From: an uncultured virus (IMG/VR IMGVR_UViG_3300023081_000010)
Lineage: Duplodnaviria; Heunggongvirae; Uroviricota; Caudoviricetes
Direction: 5' to 3' (one strand)
Length of the DNA stretch: 64,000 bases
Virus record (IMG/VR): IMGVR_UViG_3300023081_000010
This document shows, one piece after another, positions 37,885 to 47,357 of the stretch; within the stretch, counting starts at the first letter, position 1; every line of letters starts with the position of its first letter. The notes beneath the pieces are model-generated. The model made no database searches, was not told the DNA's origin, and saw nothing but the letters and a program-made list of their open reading frames with translations. The position numbers and the translations under genes are program-made.

Positions 37885-38449
37885 TGGCGGTGTTCATTTA
37901 TTCTTGCCATTCATTTACAAGTATAGTTACGAGTTTAATTACGAATCACTACGTCCAAGAATAGAAGAAGCAATATCACACGTTGATCAGAATTCTAGTT
38001 TAGAAGCAGGAGATGCAATATCTACTGTTTCTAATGATGAAATGTTGCAACCTCACACTTGGATGGAACTCTCCGACTTTCAAGCCTGGCTCGGGGATAG
38101 GTTAACACAAATAAAAGACGACCATAACTTCTATGAAAGACAGTCTATGGTGCAAGGTTCTTGGTTTAATAGACACTTTAAAACAGGTTATACACTAGAA
38201 CATCAACATAACTTTGCTACTTGGGTAGCAAGTTGTTATGTTAAATGTCCTCCTAACTCCGGTAATATCGAATTTAGAGATCCTCTGGAATATCATAAAA
38301 CCTCTTTTCCTATTATCGGAGAAAGGAACTATACCGAATTGCCTGTTGAAACTAATGATGTATTAATATTTCCTGGTTGGTTAAAGCATAGAGTACAGCC
38401 TAATAATACCAACGAAGAAAGAATAGTAATGACGTTTAATATAAAATGA
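37868..38449 (+). CDS. 2OG-Fe(II) oxygenase (TIGR02466-like, HxH type)
   Basis: SWFN...HQH...YVK.P..SG.I.F.DP...IFPGWLKH.V...RIVMTFN; ATG 37868 after GAGG. Confidence 0.85.
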   Translation: MEAVNNGGVHLFLPFIYKYSYEFNYESLRPRIEEAISHVDQNSSLEAGDAISTVSNDEMLQPHTWMELSDFQAWLGDRLTQIKDDHNFYERQSMVQGSWFNRHFKTGYTLEHQHNFATWVASCYVKCPPNSGNIEFRDPLEYHKTSFPIIGERNYTELPVETNDVLIFPGWLKHRVQPNNTNEERIVMTFNIK

Positions 38450-39246
38450 TAGATTTTAAAGTTTGTAATCCTGACGCAAATAACTTTCATAAAGTTTTTA
38501 AATTTAAAAAACCTTACGAATTAAATGCTGAATACACAGACCTAGGTGACGGAATAGGGTTTTGGATTGCTGATCATCCTTTTAAAACAGAAGAAGGTTT
38601 TGAAACTTTTCAAGAGTTAATTAAATGTTTTCCTATTGTAAAAGATAATAATCATCCTGATAATTTTGATCCTAATCCTTTTGACACTGTACATCTTCCT
38701 AATTGGGTTTATCAAGATATATGTGTGTTAATTAGAGATTTCTATATTCAGCATTCTAATCCTGATATATTTGAACCACAGATACATGAATGGGGGAATG
38801 TTTATTACAAAGATAGAGCACGACCTATTTCATGTTGGAGAATACCTCACGTTGATTACCCTGAAGGATTAGTTGCTAACCTTTGGTTTACAGATCACGA
38901 TATTAAAGATAGCAGTACAAAACTTTATAAGTATAATGGAGTATTAAAGGATAGTGTATATGATTTTCAAACAGATCAAACACATCCTATGTTTGAAAAA
39001 TGGAGAGCAATGGCTGAAAAACCTTTTAGAGCACCGAGCTGGTTTAATATGAAAGACGAAGAATTAGCAGAATGGGGGTTTGAATATAAAGGACAAGCAC
39101 CAAGTATTAAAGGTAAAATGACTATGTATCATGCTAATATTTGTCACAGTGCAGTGATTTCTGAAAACGTAGACTTTAGATGGAGTCATGCATTTGCATT
39201 TTCACATTTATCTCCACCTAAAACGTTTGGGGAGGTTATTAGATAA
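38446..39246 (+). CDS. 2OG-Fe(II) oxygenase-like protein
   Basis: PHVD facial motif, distal HSA and R.S. Confidence 0.7.
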   Translation: MIDFKVCNPDANNFHKVFKFKKPYELNAEYTDLGDGIGFWIADHPFKTEEGFETFQELIKCFPIVKDNNHPDNFDPNPFDTVHLPNWVYQDICVLIRDFYIQHSNPDIFEPQIHEWGNVYYKDRARPISCWRIPHVDYPEGLVANLWFTDHDIKDSSTKLYKYNGVLKDSVYDFQTDQTHPMFEKWRAMAEKPFRAPSWFNMKDEELAEWGFEYKGQAPSIKGKMTMYHANICHSAVISENVDFRWSHAFAFSHLSPPKTFGEVIR

Positions 39247-39872
39247 TGTGGCACTTTGATCATTTCTTTCCTACTCCAGTATGGTGGACAACAACTAATA
39301 TTGATACTGATAGTATTGAAAAACTTGTTTATAAATTATACGAACAAGATACAAAAGGTAGATATTTAAGTAATCAAGGCGGCTGGCAGTCAATGGATTT
39401 CCGTCCAGGAACTTATCCTGAAATGAAACCTTTAGAAGATTTAATATTAGAACAAGCGCAACGATGCATAATTGATTATGGTTATAATCAAGATGCAGGA
39501 TTTATTGTAATTGAAAATCTTTGGGCCAATATTAATAAAAAAGGCGATACAAATAGTGTTCATATCCACGATAATTCTTTTATTAGTGGAGCCTTTTATG
39601 TTAAAGCAACTCCAGACCAAGGTGGAATAATTTTTTATAAAGATTACAATGCAGATTTTATAGTTGCTTCGAGAGCACCGATTGAGCAACACACAGCAAT
39701 AAGTGCAAGTGCAATAAGATATGAAGCAGAAACAGGAAAAATTTTAATATTCCCTGGAAACTTACCGCACGGTGTAGAAAGAAATAGTACCGACGAAGAT
39801 AGAATTTCTATTTCTTGGAATGTTAAATATTTTAGGACAGATGATGACAGATATTTCCCAAAGAATTCTTAA
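39246..39872 (+). CDS. 2OG-Fe(II) oxygenase (TIGR02466-like)
   Basis: FPTP, SN.GGWQS, WANIN..G..N..HIH, FPG.LPHGV, RISISWN. Confidence 0.9.
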   Translation: MWHFDHFFPTPVWWTTTNIDTDSIEKLVYKLYEQDTKGRYLSNQGGWQSMDFRPGTYPEMKPLEDLILEQAQRCIIDYGYNQDAGFIVIENLWANINKKGDTNSVHIHDNSFISGAFYVKATPDQGGIIFYKDYNADFIVASRAPIEQHTAISASAIRYEAETGKILIFPGNLPHGVERNSTDEDRISISWNVKYFRTDDDRYFPKNS

Positions 39873-40560
39873 AGAAACAGATTTAATGATCAATGATGCT
39901 CCGCATTATTGGGAAAATCTTATTTCTGATCCTAGTATATATTGTACGTGGGACGATGTTGAATGGACTATGAATAATTCAGCACAGTATAATTTTGAAG
40001 TTATTGATCCTACAGGTACTAAAATAGAAGTACCAGCATACAATAAATCGTGGATATGGAATAGGCCTGTTCAAGATAAACAATTTTTATTTGACAAACT
40101 ACACGAAGGTTGCGGTTTAATTAATTTAGATTATGCATTCTATAGTAAAAAAACTATGGAACTTCTTGCAATGTTTGAAAGTATGTACAGTGTAAATTCA
40201 GCTATTCATGTTTACTTTGGTTTACAAGATGCAAAAAGTTTTAATATACATGAAGACTATCCTGCTAATTTTATTATTCAAGTTGAAGGCGAAACACACT
40301 GGAAAATTTTTAATAATAGAATAACTTATATGCATAGAACTGGTTTGCTAAACAATAAACTTAAAGAAGATGATTTAGAACTAGCAATAGACGTTACACT
40401 TAAACCAGGAGACGTTTTATATATTCCTTCAAGAATGTATCATTGTGCATATCCTAAAGGAAAGCGATTGTCTATGAGTATTCCTTGTTGGCAGAAACTT
40501 CCAACTGAAGATGCAACAGGAAGTATTGATAGAAATTTTTATAGGATACAACATGACTGA
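39841..40560 (+). CDS. JmjC/cupin_4 oxygenase (ribosomal-oxygenase-like)
   Basis: SFNIHED..NFIIQVEG..HW, LKPGDVLYIP.RMYH.A, RLSMSI. Confidence 0.85.
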   Translation: MMTDISQRILKETDLMINDAPHYWENLISDPSIYCTWDDVEWTMNNSAQYNFEVIDPTGTKIEVPAYNKSWIWNRPVQDKQFLFDKLHEGCGLINLDYAFYSKKTMELLAMFESMYSVNSAIHVYFGLQDAKSFNIHEDYPANFIIQVEGETHWKIFNNRITYMHRTGLLNNKLKEDDLELAIDVTLKPGDVLYIPSRMYHCAYPKGKRLSMSIPCWQKLPTEDATGSIDRNFYRIQHD

Positions 40561-41158
40561 TTTTGAACCAATTGAAATATATGATGTAATTGATTACAAT
40601 TACTCTATGGAAATTTTAAATAAAGTTACTAATATTGAGTTTGACTGGCATTTTATGAACGATACTACATATGAAGATCGTTTAGATCAAGATCCAAGAC
40701 ATTCAACACCTAGTTTTGCTCATTTAATATATCATCCTAATAATCAACATAATCCTCACTTAGATTTTTTTATGCCATTGTTAAATGCAACTTGTGAAAA
40801 AGCAGGATTAGAATTACATACATTACTTAGAATGAGATTAGGATTTTTGTTAAACACAAAGTATAGTTTCCCTCATTTACCTTATGAATATAATACTCCG
40901 CATAGAGATTATGAACAGGAACATTTTACAGCGTGTTATTATGTTAATTCAAGCGATGGTGATACTGTAATTTTTCACGAGAAAGATCAACCTTTATTAA
41001 CAGGACAAAAGTATCATCGTAAATTTAAAAGCGAGCCTCTTCAAGGAAAAGTTCTTGTATTCAATGGTTGGCACTTTCATGCAAGTACTTGTCCTAAGAT
41101 GCATAACCAAAGAATTGTACTTACTATGAATTTTACAGCAGGTCAAAAGAATGGATAA
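40553..41158 (+). CDS. 2OG-Fe(II) oxygenase
   Basis: PHRD, YYVNSSDGDTVIF, HASTCP, RIVLTMN; start probably ATG 40553. Confidence 0.85.
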   Translation: MTDFEPIEIYDVIDYNYSMEILNKVTNIEFDWHFMNDTTYEDRLDQDPRHSTPSFAHLIYHPNNQHNPHLDFFMPLLNATCEKAGLELHTLLRMRLGFLLNTKYSFPHLPYEYNTPHRDYEQEHFTACYYVNSSDGDTVIFHEKDQPLLTGQKYHRKFKSEPLQGKVLVFNGWHFHASTCPKMHNQRIVLTMNFTAGQKNG

Positions 41159-41858
41159 CGATTATATTAATAGTTTGATAGAAAGCGATAAGGCTTCTAG
41201 TCAGTATATCTCTAATAATCAAATTAAAGATAGAAATCTGTATCCTTACTTTCCAACAACTATTATAGATAACTTCTACGACGAGCCAGATCTATGGAGA
41301 GAATTTGCACTAGATCAAGAATTTTTTAAAGGAAAGCGAGGTAGTTGGCCGGGTCTTAGAACTAAGTTATTTCATGAAAATAATTTACCGTTGTTTGAAA
41401 TGTTCGGAAAAAAATTACTTTTCTGGATTAGAGATTATGGTTATAGATCTTTCTCTGAATTTCAAACAGCATTCCACATGGTAGATGAAACATATGGAAG
41501 AGGTTGGGTACACGACGATGATCCAAAACTTAATATTGCAGGAGTAATTTATCTTAACAAAGAAGCTCCACTAGGAAGTGGAACTGTTGTGTATGAAGAT
41601 AAAGATAATCTAAATTTAGATGAATATGCAGACAAGTTTATGAAAGATGTATTATCTGATACTGAAGAAGAAAGAAAACCATATCAAAAATACAGAGAAG
41701 AACAAACAAAACTTTTTAAAAAAACAGTAACTATGGAGAGTGTCTACAATAGATGTATAATGTTTGACACACGAGCATGGCACAGTGCAGAAGAATTTTT
41801 TGGGAACAGTAAAGACACTAACCGATTAACACAAGTGTTTTTTGTTAAAGCAATATGA
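41151..41858 (+). CDS. 2OG-Fe(II) oxygenase (DUF6445-like)
   Basis: IIDNFYD.P, WPG.RT, WVHDD, AGVIYLN, YNR..MFD...WHSA, RLTQVFF. Confidence 0.85.
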   Translation: MDNDYINSLIESDKASSQYISNNQIKDRNLYPYFPTTIIDNFYDEPDLWREFALDQEFFKGKRGSWPGLRTKLFHENNLPLFEMFGKKLLFWIRDYGYRSFSEFQTAFHMVDETYGRGWVHDDDPKLNIAGVIYLNKEAPLGSGTVVYEDKDNLNLDEYADKFMKDVLSDTEEERKPYQKYREEQTKLFKKTVTMESVYNRCIMFDTRAWHSAEEFFGNSKDTNRLTQVFFVKAI

Positions 41859-42376
41859 TCAAAGACGTTAAACAACCTGTAAAAGTTATAGATGATTTTT
41901 TTGAAGCACCTACACTTGTTAGACACAGTGCTTTAAAATTAGATTATTTAGAACAAGATAATGATGCGTATTACGGATTGCGTTCAAAAACTCTTGACGA
42001 AATAAACTTTAATTTGTTTGATACAATTCTTGCAAAACTAATAGTTCATGTGCCTAACAAATATAGATTTAATTTTGTGCATTGTGATTTTAATTTAGTT
42101 GATAGTAAACATACATCAGAAATAGTTGAATTAAATGGAATGTACAATATAGCAGGAACAATATTTTTAAATCCTAATCCTCCTGAAAATTCAGGAATAA
42201 CATTCTATAGTAAAGTATCAAATGCTATTGTTCCTTCTATTAAAGTAGAAAATGTGTTTAATAGATGTGTTATATTTGAACCTGAAAAACCTCATAAGAT
42301 TGAAAAATTTTACGGAGAAACTAAAGAAGATAGTAGTTTGTTTATAAACTTCTATGGAGTAGCAGTACATGACTAA
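41855..42376 (+). CDS. Degenerate paralogue of 41151 (metal and 2OG ligands apparently lost)
   Basis: Aligns by eye (VIDDFF..P, GLRS, IAGTIFLN, FNRCVIF); HDD position reads ELN and RLTQ position reads SLFI. Confidence 0.65.
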   Translation: MIKDVKQPVKVIDDFFEAPTLVRHSALKLDYLEQDNDAYYGLRSKTLDEINFNLFDTILAKLIVHVPNKYRFNFVHCDFNLVDSKHTSEIVELNGMYNIAGTIFLNPNPPENSGITFYSKVSNAIVPSIKVENVFNRCVIFEPEKPHKIEKFYGETKEDSSLFINFYGVAVHD

Positions 42377-42989
42377 TGATATAATTGTAATTGATAATAT
42401 TATACCTAAAGACTATCAAGACCACATTTTAAATTTAATGACTGGTTGGGATTTTGGTTGGGTATTCAATCAATCAATGGTATCAGGCGATGAAGATTTT
42501 CAAACACAAGAAGACAATCATGCAGGGTTTAATCATTTTTTCTATGAACATAATGAACCTAAAAGTATGCATTTCAATGTAATGTATCCTTTAGTGTTAA
42601 GTATCACAAGTCAAGCCAATGTTTCTTTTAATCAGTTAATTAGAATGCGAGCAAACTTAACATTACCTAACAAAGTAAGTAAATTAGACTGGCATATGCC
42701 GCATATAGATAGTTTTTTTGAACACTGGAATGCAATATATTATGTCAATGATAGCGATGGCGACACTGTTATTTTTAACGAAACCAACGACACATACAGT
42801 AGCGGTCAAGATGATATTATTAGAATAAAAGAAAATAATTTTACAGTTAAGCAAAGAGTAACACCTAAAAAAGGAAGAATACTAATATTTCCTGGAAAGT
42901 ATTATCATAGTTCTTCATGGGCAAGAAATTCTAAATTTAGAATGGTGATTAACATGAATTTGAGAAACATATGGAATACAAACTCATAA
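42369..42989 (+). CDS. 2OG-Fe(II) oxygenase, paralogue of 40553
   Basis: PHID, YYVNDSDGDTVIF, HSSS, RMVINMN. Confidence 0.85.
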   Translation: MTNDIIVIDNIIPKDYQDHILNLMTGWDFGWVFNQSMVSGDEDFQTQEDNHAGFNHFFYEHNEPKSMHFNVMYPLVLSITSQANVSFNQLIRMRANLTLPNKVSKLDWHMPHIDSFFEHWNAIYYVNDSDGDTVIFNETNDTYSSGQDDIIRIKENNFTVKQRVTPKKGRILIFPGKYYHSSSWARNSKFRMVINMNLRNIWNTNS

Positions 42990-43522
42990 CATCTAAAACT
43001 ATTTTAGAAAACTACGACGAAATAGTTCACAGCCTTAATGAAGCACATAAGGTATTTGAAACTGTCTTTCCTGACAAAGATAGTACATGGTCCTATAACA
43101 AGTATAATGTGTTTACACTAACTGCTCCTAGTACAGCATGGTATTCTTTATATGTTGAATTAAGAGAGTTTGTAAGAAAAGAACTTGGCGATGATCGACC
43201 TTTATGGTTGCAATCTTGGATCAACTATCATAAACACGATGAAGTATTAGATTGGCACGGACATGAGTTTGATTATCATGGCTATATATCAATAGATCCT
43301 AAAAAAACAAACACAGTGTTTGAAAATTGGACTATTGAAAATAAACCCGGACAAATATATTTTGGTCCTGGATTTGTAAAACACAAAGTAGAAGTACTAG
43401 AACCTTACGAAGGTTATAGAACTACACTAGGTTTTGATATACATACTATTCCTAATAATGAGTTTATTAGAAACTATGTAGAAAGACCTTTTGGTAACAT
43501 GAGTATGATTCCGTTAGTATGA
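42971..43522 (+). CDS. 2OG-Fe(II) oxygenase-like (HxH type)
   Basis: SWINYH...LDWHGH...HKV...RTTLGFD. Confidence 0.75.
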   Translation: MEYKLITSKTILENYDEIVHSLNEAHKVFETVFPDKDSTWSYNKYNVFTLTAPSTAWYSLYVELREFVRKELGDDRPLWLQSWINYHKHDEVLDWHGHEFDYHGYISIDPKKTNTVFENWTIENKPGQIYFGPGFVKHKVEVLEPYEGYRTTLGFDIHTIPNNEFIRNYVERPFGNMSMIPLV

Positions 43523-44145
43523 TGAAAGAAGATTATATTATTGTTAAAAATGCCGTAAGCAAAGAGCTTTGCGAGTTTATGGCATTAGAATATGAAATGC
43601 AAAACGATGTATGTCAAGTATTATATCCTGGTGCAAACTTATCAGATATGTGTGAAAATACATTTGCAAGATATGCTCCTTTAATGTTTGAAGCATTAAT
43701 GCTAAAACTTACACCATTAGTAAGTGAAAAAGTAGGAAAGAAATTAGTACCTGTTTACAGTTATGCTCGCATATATTACAACGGATCTGAACTAGGAAAG
43801 CACTTTGATCGTAGCAGTTCTGAAATATCTGTAAGTGTTTCTATTACAAAAGAAGATCAAGACTGGCCGTTATACATTAAAAATGAAGAAGGCAACATTC
43901 ACGAAATAATCTTAGATGTTGGAGACATAGTTATCTACAGTGGTCGTAGACACGAACATTGGAGAGAGCCGTATACTGGACAAAAAGTAATACAGGCATT
44001 TTTACAGTATGTAGATGAAAAAGGCCCGTATGCACATTTAAAATGGGATACTAGGCCTTGTTTAGGTTTACCTTCGGAATTTGTTAATCAAGCTATTAAA
44101 GACGAGCTTGAATCTGCTAGAAAAGAAATGGGGTTTGATCGTTAA
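43519..44145 (+). CDS. 2OG-Fe(II) oxygenase (prolyl-hydroxylase-like)
   Basis: YSYARIY..G.EL.KHFDR...EIS...GD...Y.G...EHWREP...Q.FL.Y. Confidence 0.85.
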   Translation: MMKEDYIIVKNAVSKELCEFMALEYEMQNDVCQVLYPGANLSDMCENTFARYAPLMFEALMLKLTPLVSEKVGKKLVPVYSYARIYYNGSELGKHFDRSSSEISVSVSITKEDQDWPLYIKNEEGNIHEIILDVGDIVIYSGRRHEHWREPYTGQKVIQAFLQYVDEKGPYAHLKWDTRPCLGLPSEFVNQAIKDELESARKEMGFDR

Positions 44146-44300
44146 TTGCTAACTGGCAAAGGACCAGCAACAATTAGTTCTACACCGTGTCTTTCTTCGA
44201 AGATTTTTTGTGCTTCTTCAGCGTTTCTTGCCTGACAAGTGTCTTCTCTAACTTCGAGTACTCCGTGTGCCACTCTTAAAATAATCTTATAAGTTTTCAT
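44142..44300 (-). CDS. 52-aa small protein missed by the ORF track (MKTYKIILRVAHGVLEVREDTCQARNAEEAQKIFEERHGVELIVAGPLPVSN)
   Basis: Own TAAATA (44327-44322), strong RBS AAGGAG, fills the gap exactly, stop overlaps the stop of the convergent gene. Confidence 0.75.
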   Translation of the reverse strand: MKTYKIILRVAHGVLEVREDTCQARNAEEAQKIFEERHGVELIVAGPLPVSN

Positions 44301-44320
44301 TACAATTAACTCCTTGCATA

Positions 44321-45859
44321 CTATTTAGCATAATTATCCACCCATTGCTCAATGGTTAAAAATGGAGCAACAAGCTGTTTGTAACGTTGTATATTATTAT
44401 TTAGCACATTTGAGGATATTGTTAGCAGTTTTTCGTATCTAGCTGAAAGTATGCTATGATCATATACCTGTAGTGCTTGTAATACCATCAGCCATGCTGT
44501 TGGACTATACCCGTTATAAAGTGGTTCTGCACCTCCGTGCAAATACCATTGTTTCCAGTCCTCTAATTTTAATCTTAAAGTTTCCGGAATTCTAAATTCA
44601 TCGTTTTGATGACTTTGCCAAAACTCAGTGTCTTTGCGTTTTCCTCTATAATGTAACGCTAAGAAATCTTTAATATCTTCACTCACTGACCAAACTCTGT
44701 CATTAAATCTGTTAGATACATATCCTTTTCTTTCAGGGTGCCAATGATCTTGTAGTGCATATAGGCTTTCTATAATAACAGCAACCCCGTTTGCTTCTAA
44801 CGGCTCTAAAAATCCGTTGCTCAAACCAATAGCTATGACGTTGTTTTTCCAAGTGTTTCTCATCATTCCAGGTTGAAAACTAAAGTTTGCTATAGGTTCT
44901 ATTTTTTTATCAAATCGTTTTTCCGCTTCTTGTATTGCTTGATCTAATGTTAAATGATCTGGATCATATAGATAACCGTTTCCGCTTCTATGTCTTAGAT
45001 TAATGTTCCAACTCCAGCCATACTTCATTGCAATAGCATTTGTTGTAACACAGTAACAAGGATCGTCCCACCAGGCAACTACTGCTCTAGCTGGAAAGTA
45101 ATCTGTATAATCTAAAATAGGTTCCTTCATGGTTTTTTCTAAAAGTAATCTAGCAAAACCACTACAATCAAAAAACCAATCTGCTGTTATTTCTCTATTT
45201 TCATCTAGTAAGATTGATTCACAGTTTCCGTCAGTTTTTAATTTTGCACTTTGAAACTCTCCTTCGATAAGTTCTATTCCTCTTGATAGTCCTATTTCTT
45301 TAAAATAAGCAGCAGCTGATCTACTTTCAAAATGCCACATAGGAATAACAGGCAGGTTGTGTGTACTAGAACCGAAAGGAACTTTATTATTTTTTATAAA
45401 TTGATTTGCATAGAATGCATCTGACAAAGGAACATTATTTGCTATTAATGTTTTTAGATATGTATCTTTTTCTCTTTCTCGTTGCATGATGTTTAGCATA
45501 TTACCAAACAGTAAAGGCTGAGACTCCGGAGTATCGTAATAATCGCTCCATCCATCTAACCAAGGTGCATAATCTGTTTGTAAACAATGTATGAACTCTG
45601 TCCCTACACCGTTCCAGTCTGTAAATTTTCCACCTAACTTAGGTGTAGCAAACACCTTTGTAACAAAATCATCTTTGTCTATGTCAATCTTTCTTAATAG
45701 ATCTACAAACGTAGTCGTTCCACTTTCTCCTGCAATAATAGGAGGTTTCTTAGGATTTTCAACGATAGCAATTTTGAGATTAGGCCAAAATTTCTTAACC
45801 CATAGTGCTGTTAACCAGCCAGCGGAACCGCCACCTAAAATCACTGCATTATAATTCAT
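44321..45859 (-). CDS. Flavin-dependent halogenase-family protein 2 (divergent)
   Basis: GGGSAG, IAGES, ATPK, GWSWNIN, FLEPLEANG. Confidence 0.85.
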   Translation of the reverse strand: MNYNAVILGGGSAGWLTALWVKKFWPNLKIAIVENPKKPPIIAGESGTTTFVDLLRKIDIDKDDFVTKVFATPKLGGKFTDWNGVGTEFIHCLQTDYAPWLDGWSDYYDTPESQPLLFGNMLNIMQREREKDTYLKTLIANNVPLSDAFYANQFIKNNKVPFGSSTHNLPVIPMWHFESRSAAAYFKEIGLSRGIELIEGEFQSAKLKTDGNCESILLDENREITADWFFDCSGFARLLLEKTMKEPILDYTDYFPARAVVAWWDDPCYCVTTNAIAMKYGWSWNINLRHRSGNGYLYDPDHLTLDQAIQEAEKRFDKKIEPIANFSFQPGMMRNTWKNNVIAIGLSNGFLEPLEANGVAVIIESLYALQDHWHPERKGYVSNRFNDRVWSVSEDIKDFLALHYRGKRKDTEFWQSHQNDEFRIPETLRLKLEDWKQWYLHGGAEPLYNGYSPTAWLMVLQALQVYDHSILSARYEKLLTISSNVLNNNIQRYKQLVAPFLTIEQWVDNYAK

Positions 45860-47357
45860 AACGTACTTCCAAATATCTTTCTTTTAAAATATTTAATGCT
45901 TCTCTATGTGTTCGAACAGTACTCATATCTACTGCATTGCCGTGTTTAAATAAATTATCCAAATTTTCTGAATGTTCTTTACTCCAAAATTCTTCCCAAT
46001 ACTTCTTGCGAGCATCATAATCAAATAATGATAGACCGTGCATTACTTGACTCCAATTTAGATAAGAAAACATATACAATGGTTCTATTCCGAACATTTG
46101 TGAATTAACACCATTCTTTTTAAAGTATTCTAAATTTTCTCTAATAAAATCTGTATAAACAATTTCTTTGTTGACCCATTTCCAGAATTCAGTATCATTG
46201 CGTTTAGTAATATAGTGTAATTGAATAAAGTCTACAATATTTTCAGCTATTCTAATCATTCTATCATTAAAAACATTTTCTGTTATTGTTTCTCCTCGAG
46301 TCCAGTAATGGAAACTAGGAATAGCTAATCTAATTTCTTGTATTGTAGAACCTATACTACTTGCTTCTAATGGTTCAACAAACATACCTGATAGCCCAAC
46401 TGTTAAACAGTTTTTAATCCAGAATTTATCTAAATATCCTGCACTAAATTTTACTTTTCTACCTATTTCTAATTCTTGAGTAATTTTTAAATTTTCTTTA
46501 TAATGCTTTGAAACTTCATCGTATGCTTGTGTTTCATTGATAAAGTTGTCACAAAAAACATAACCATTTCCATATCGTTCTTGTGTTGGAATTCTCCATA
46601 CCCATCCACTACTTAATGCTGTTGCTTCAGTATAGGAAGGAATGTTTTCAGTGTAACCTGTTGGAAATGCAATAGCACTATTCATTGGTAATTGTTTTTG
46701 TTTATCAACCCATTTAGCACCTAATTTACTGCTTATAATTCTTCTGAAGCCGCTACTATCAATGTAAAAGTCTGCTTTATATTGTTTACCGTGTTCATCT
46801 ATTAAGTAATCAGCATAGCCATCTTTATCAACGATTACATCAGATATATCTGTGTCAATAACTTCTATGTTTCTTTCTGCACATAACTTATGAAAAAATT
46901 TGTTTAATTTAAATGTATCAAAATGATATTGAGAAATAATTTCATGGAAAGGCTCAGGATGTTTGCTATTTCTTGATAAATCCCAAGCAGTTTCTTCAGG
47001 ATCCCAATTCTCGCCTGTGTATCTAAACCAACTTAATGGGGCATCGTTATCTTGATGTAAAGTGTTATACTGTTCTGTTAAACTATGCCAATAAGATTTT
47101 CCGTCGCCGTTCCAGTTTGTAAATTTAATACCTATTTTAAATGTACTTCCGCACTCTCTTACAATTGTAGGAACATCAACATCGATATATTCCATAAAAG
47201 GTTTCCAGTGTTCTGTACTGCCTTCACCTACACCAATAATACCTATCTTAGACGATTCTAATATTGTAATTTTTAAAGTAGGATATGCTTTACGCATCAT
47301 TAATGCAGAAATTAATCCAGCAGTTCCTCCACCTAGTACACATAATGATCTAATCAT
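45849..47357 (-). CDS. Flavin-dependent halogenase 3
   Basis: GGGTAG, GVGEGS, STFK, GWVWRIP, FVEPLEASS. Confidence 0.9.
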   Translation of the reverse strand: MIRSLCVLGGGTAGLISALMMRKAYPTLKITILESSKIGIIGVGEGSTEHWKPFMEYIDVDVPTIVRECGSTFKIGIKFTNWNGDGKSYWHSLTEQYNTLHQDNDAPLSWFRYTGENWDPEETAWDLSRNSKHPEPFHEIISQYHFDTFKLNKFFHKLCAERNIEVIDTDISDVIVDKDGYADYLIDEHGKQYKADFYIDSSGFRRIISSKLGAKWVDKQKQLPMNSAIAFPTGYTENIPSYTEATALSSGWVWRIPTQERYGNGYVFCDNFINETQAYDEVSKHYKENLKITQELEIGRKVKFSAGYLDKFWIKNCLTVGLSGMFVEPLEASSIGSTIQEIRLAIPSFHYWTRGETITENVFNDRMIRIAENIVDFIQLHYITKRNDTEFWKWVNKEIVYTDFIRENLEYFKKNGVNSQMFGIEPLYMFSYLNWSQVMHGLSLFDYDARKKYWEEFWSKEHSENLDNLFKHGNAVDMSTVRTHREALNILKERYLEVRYEL

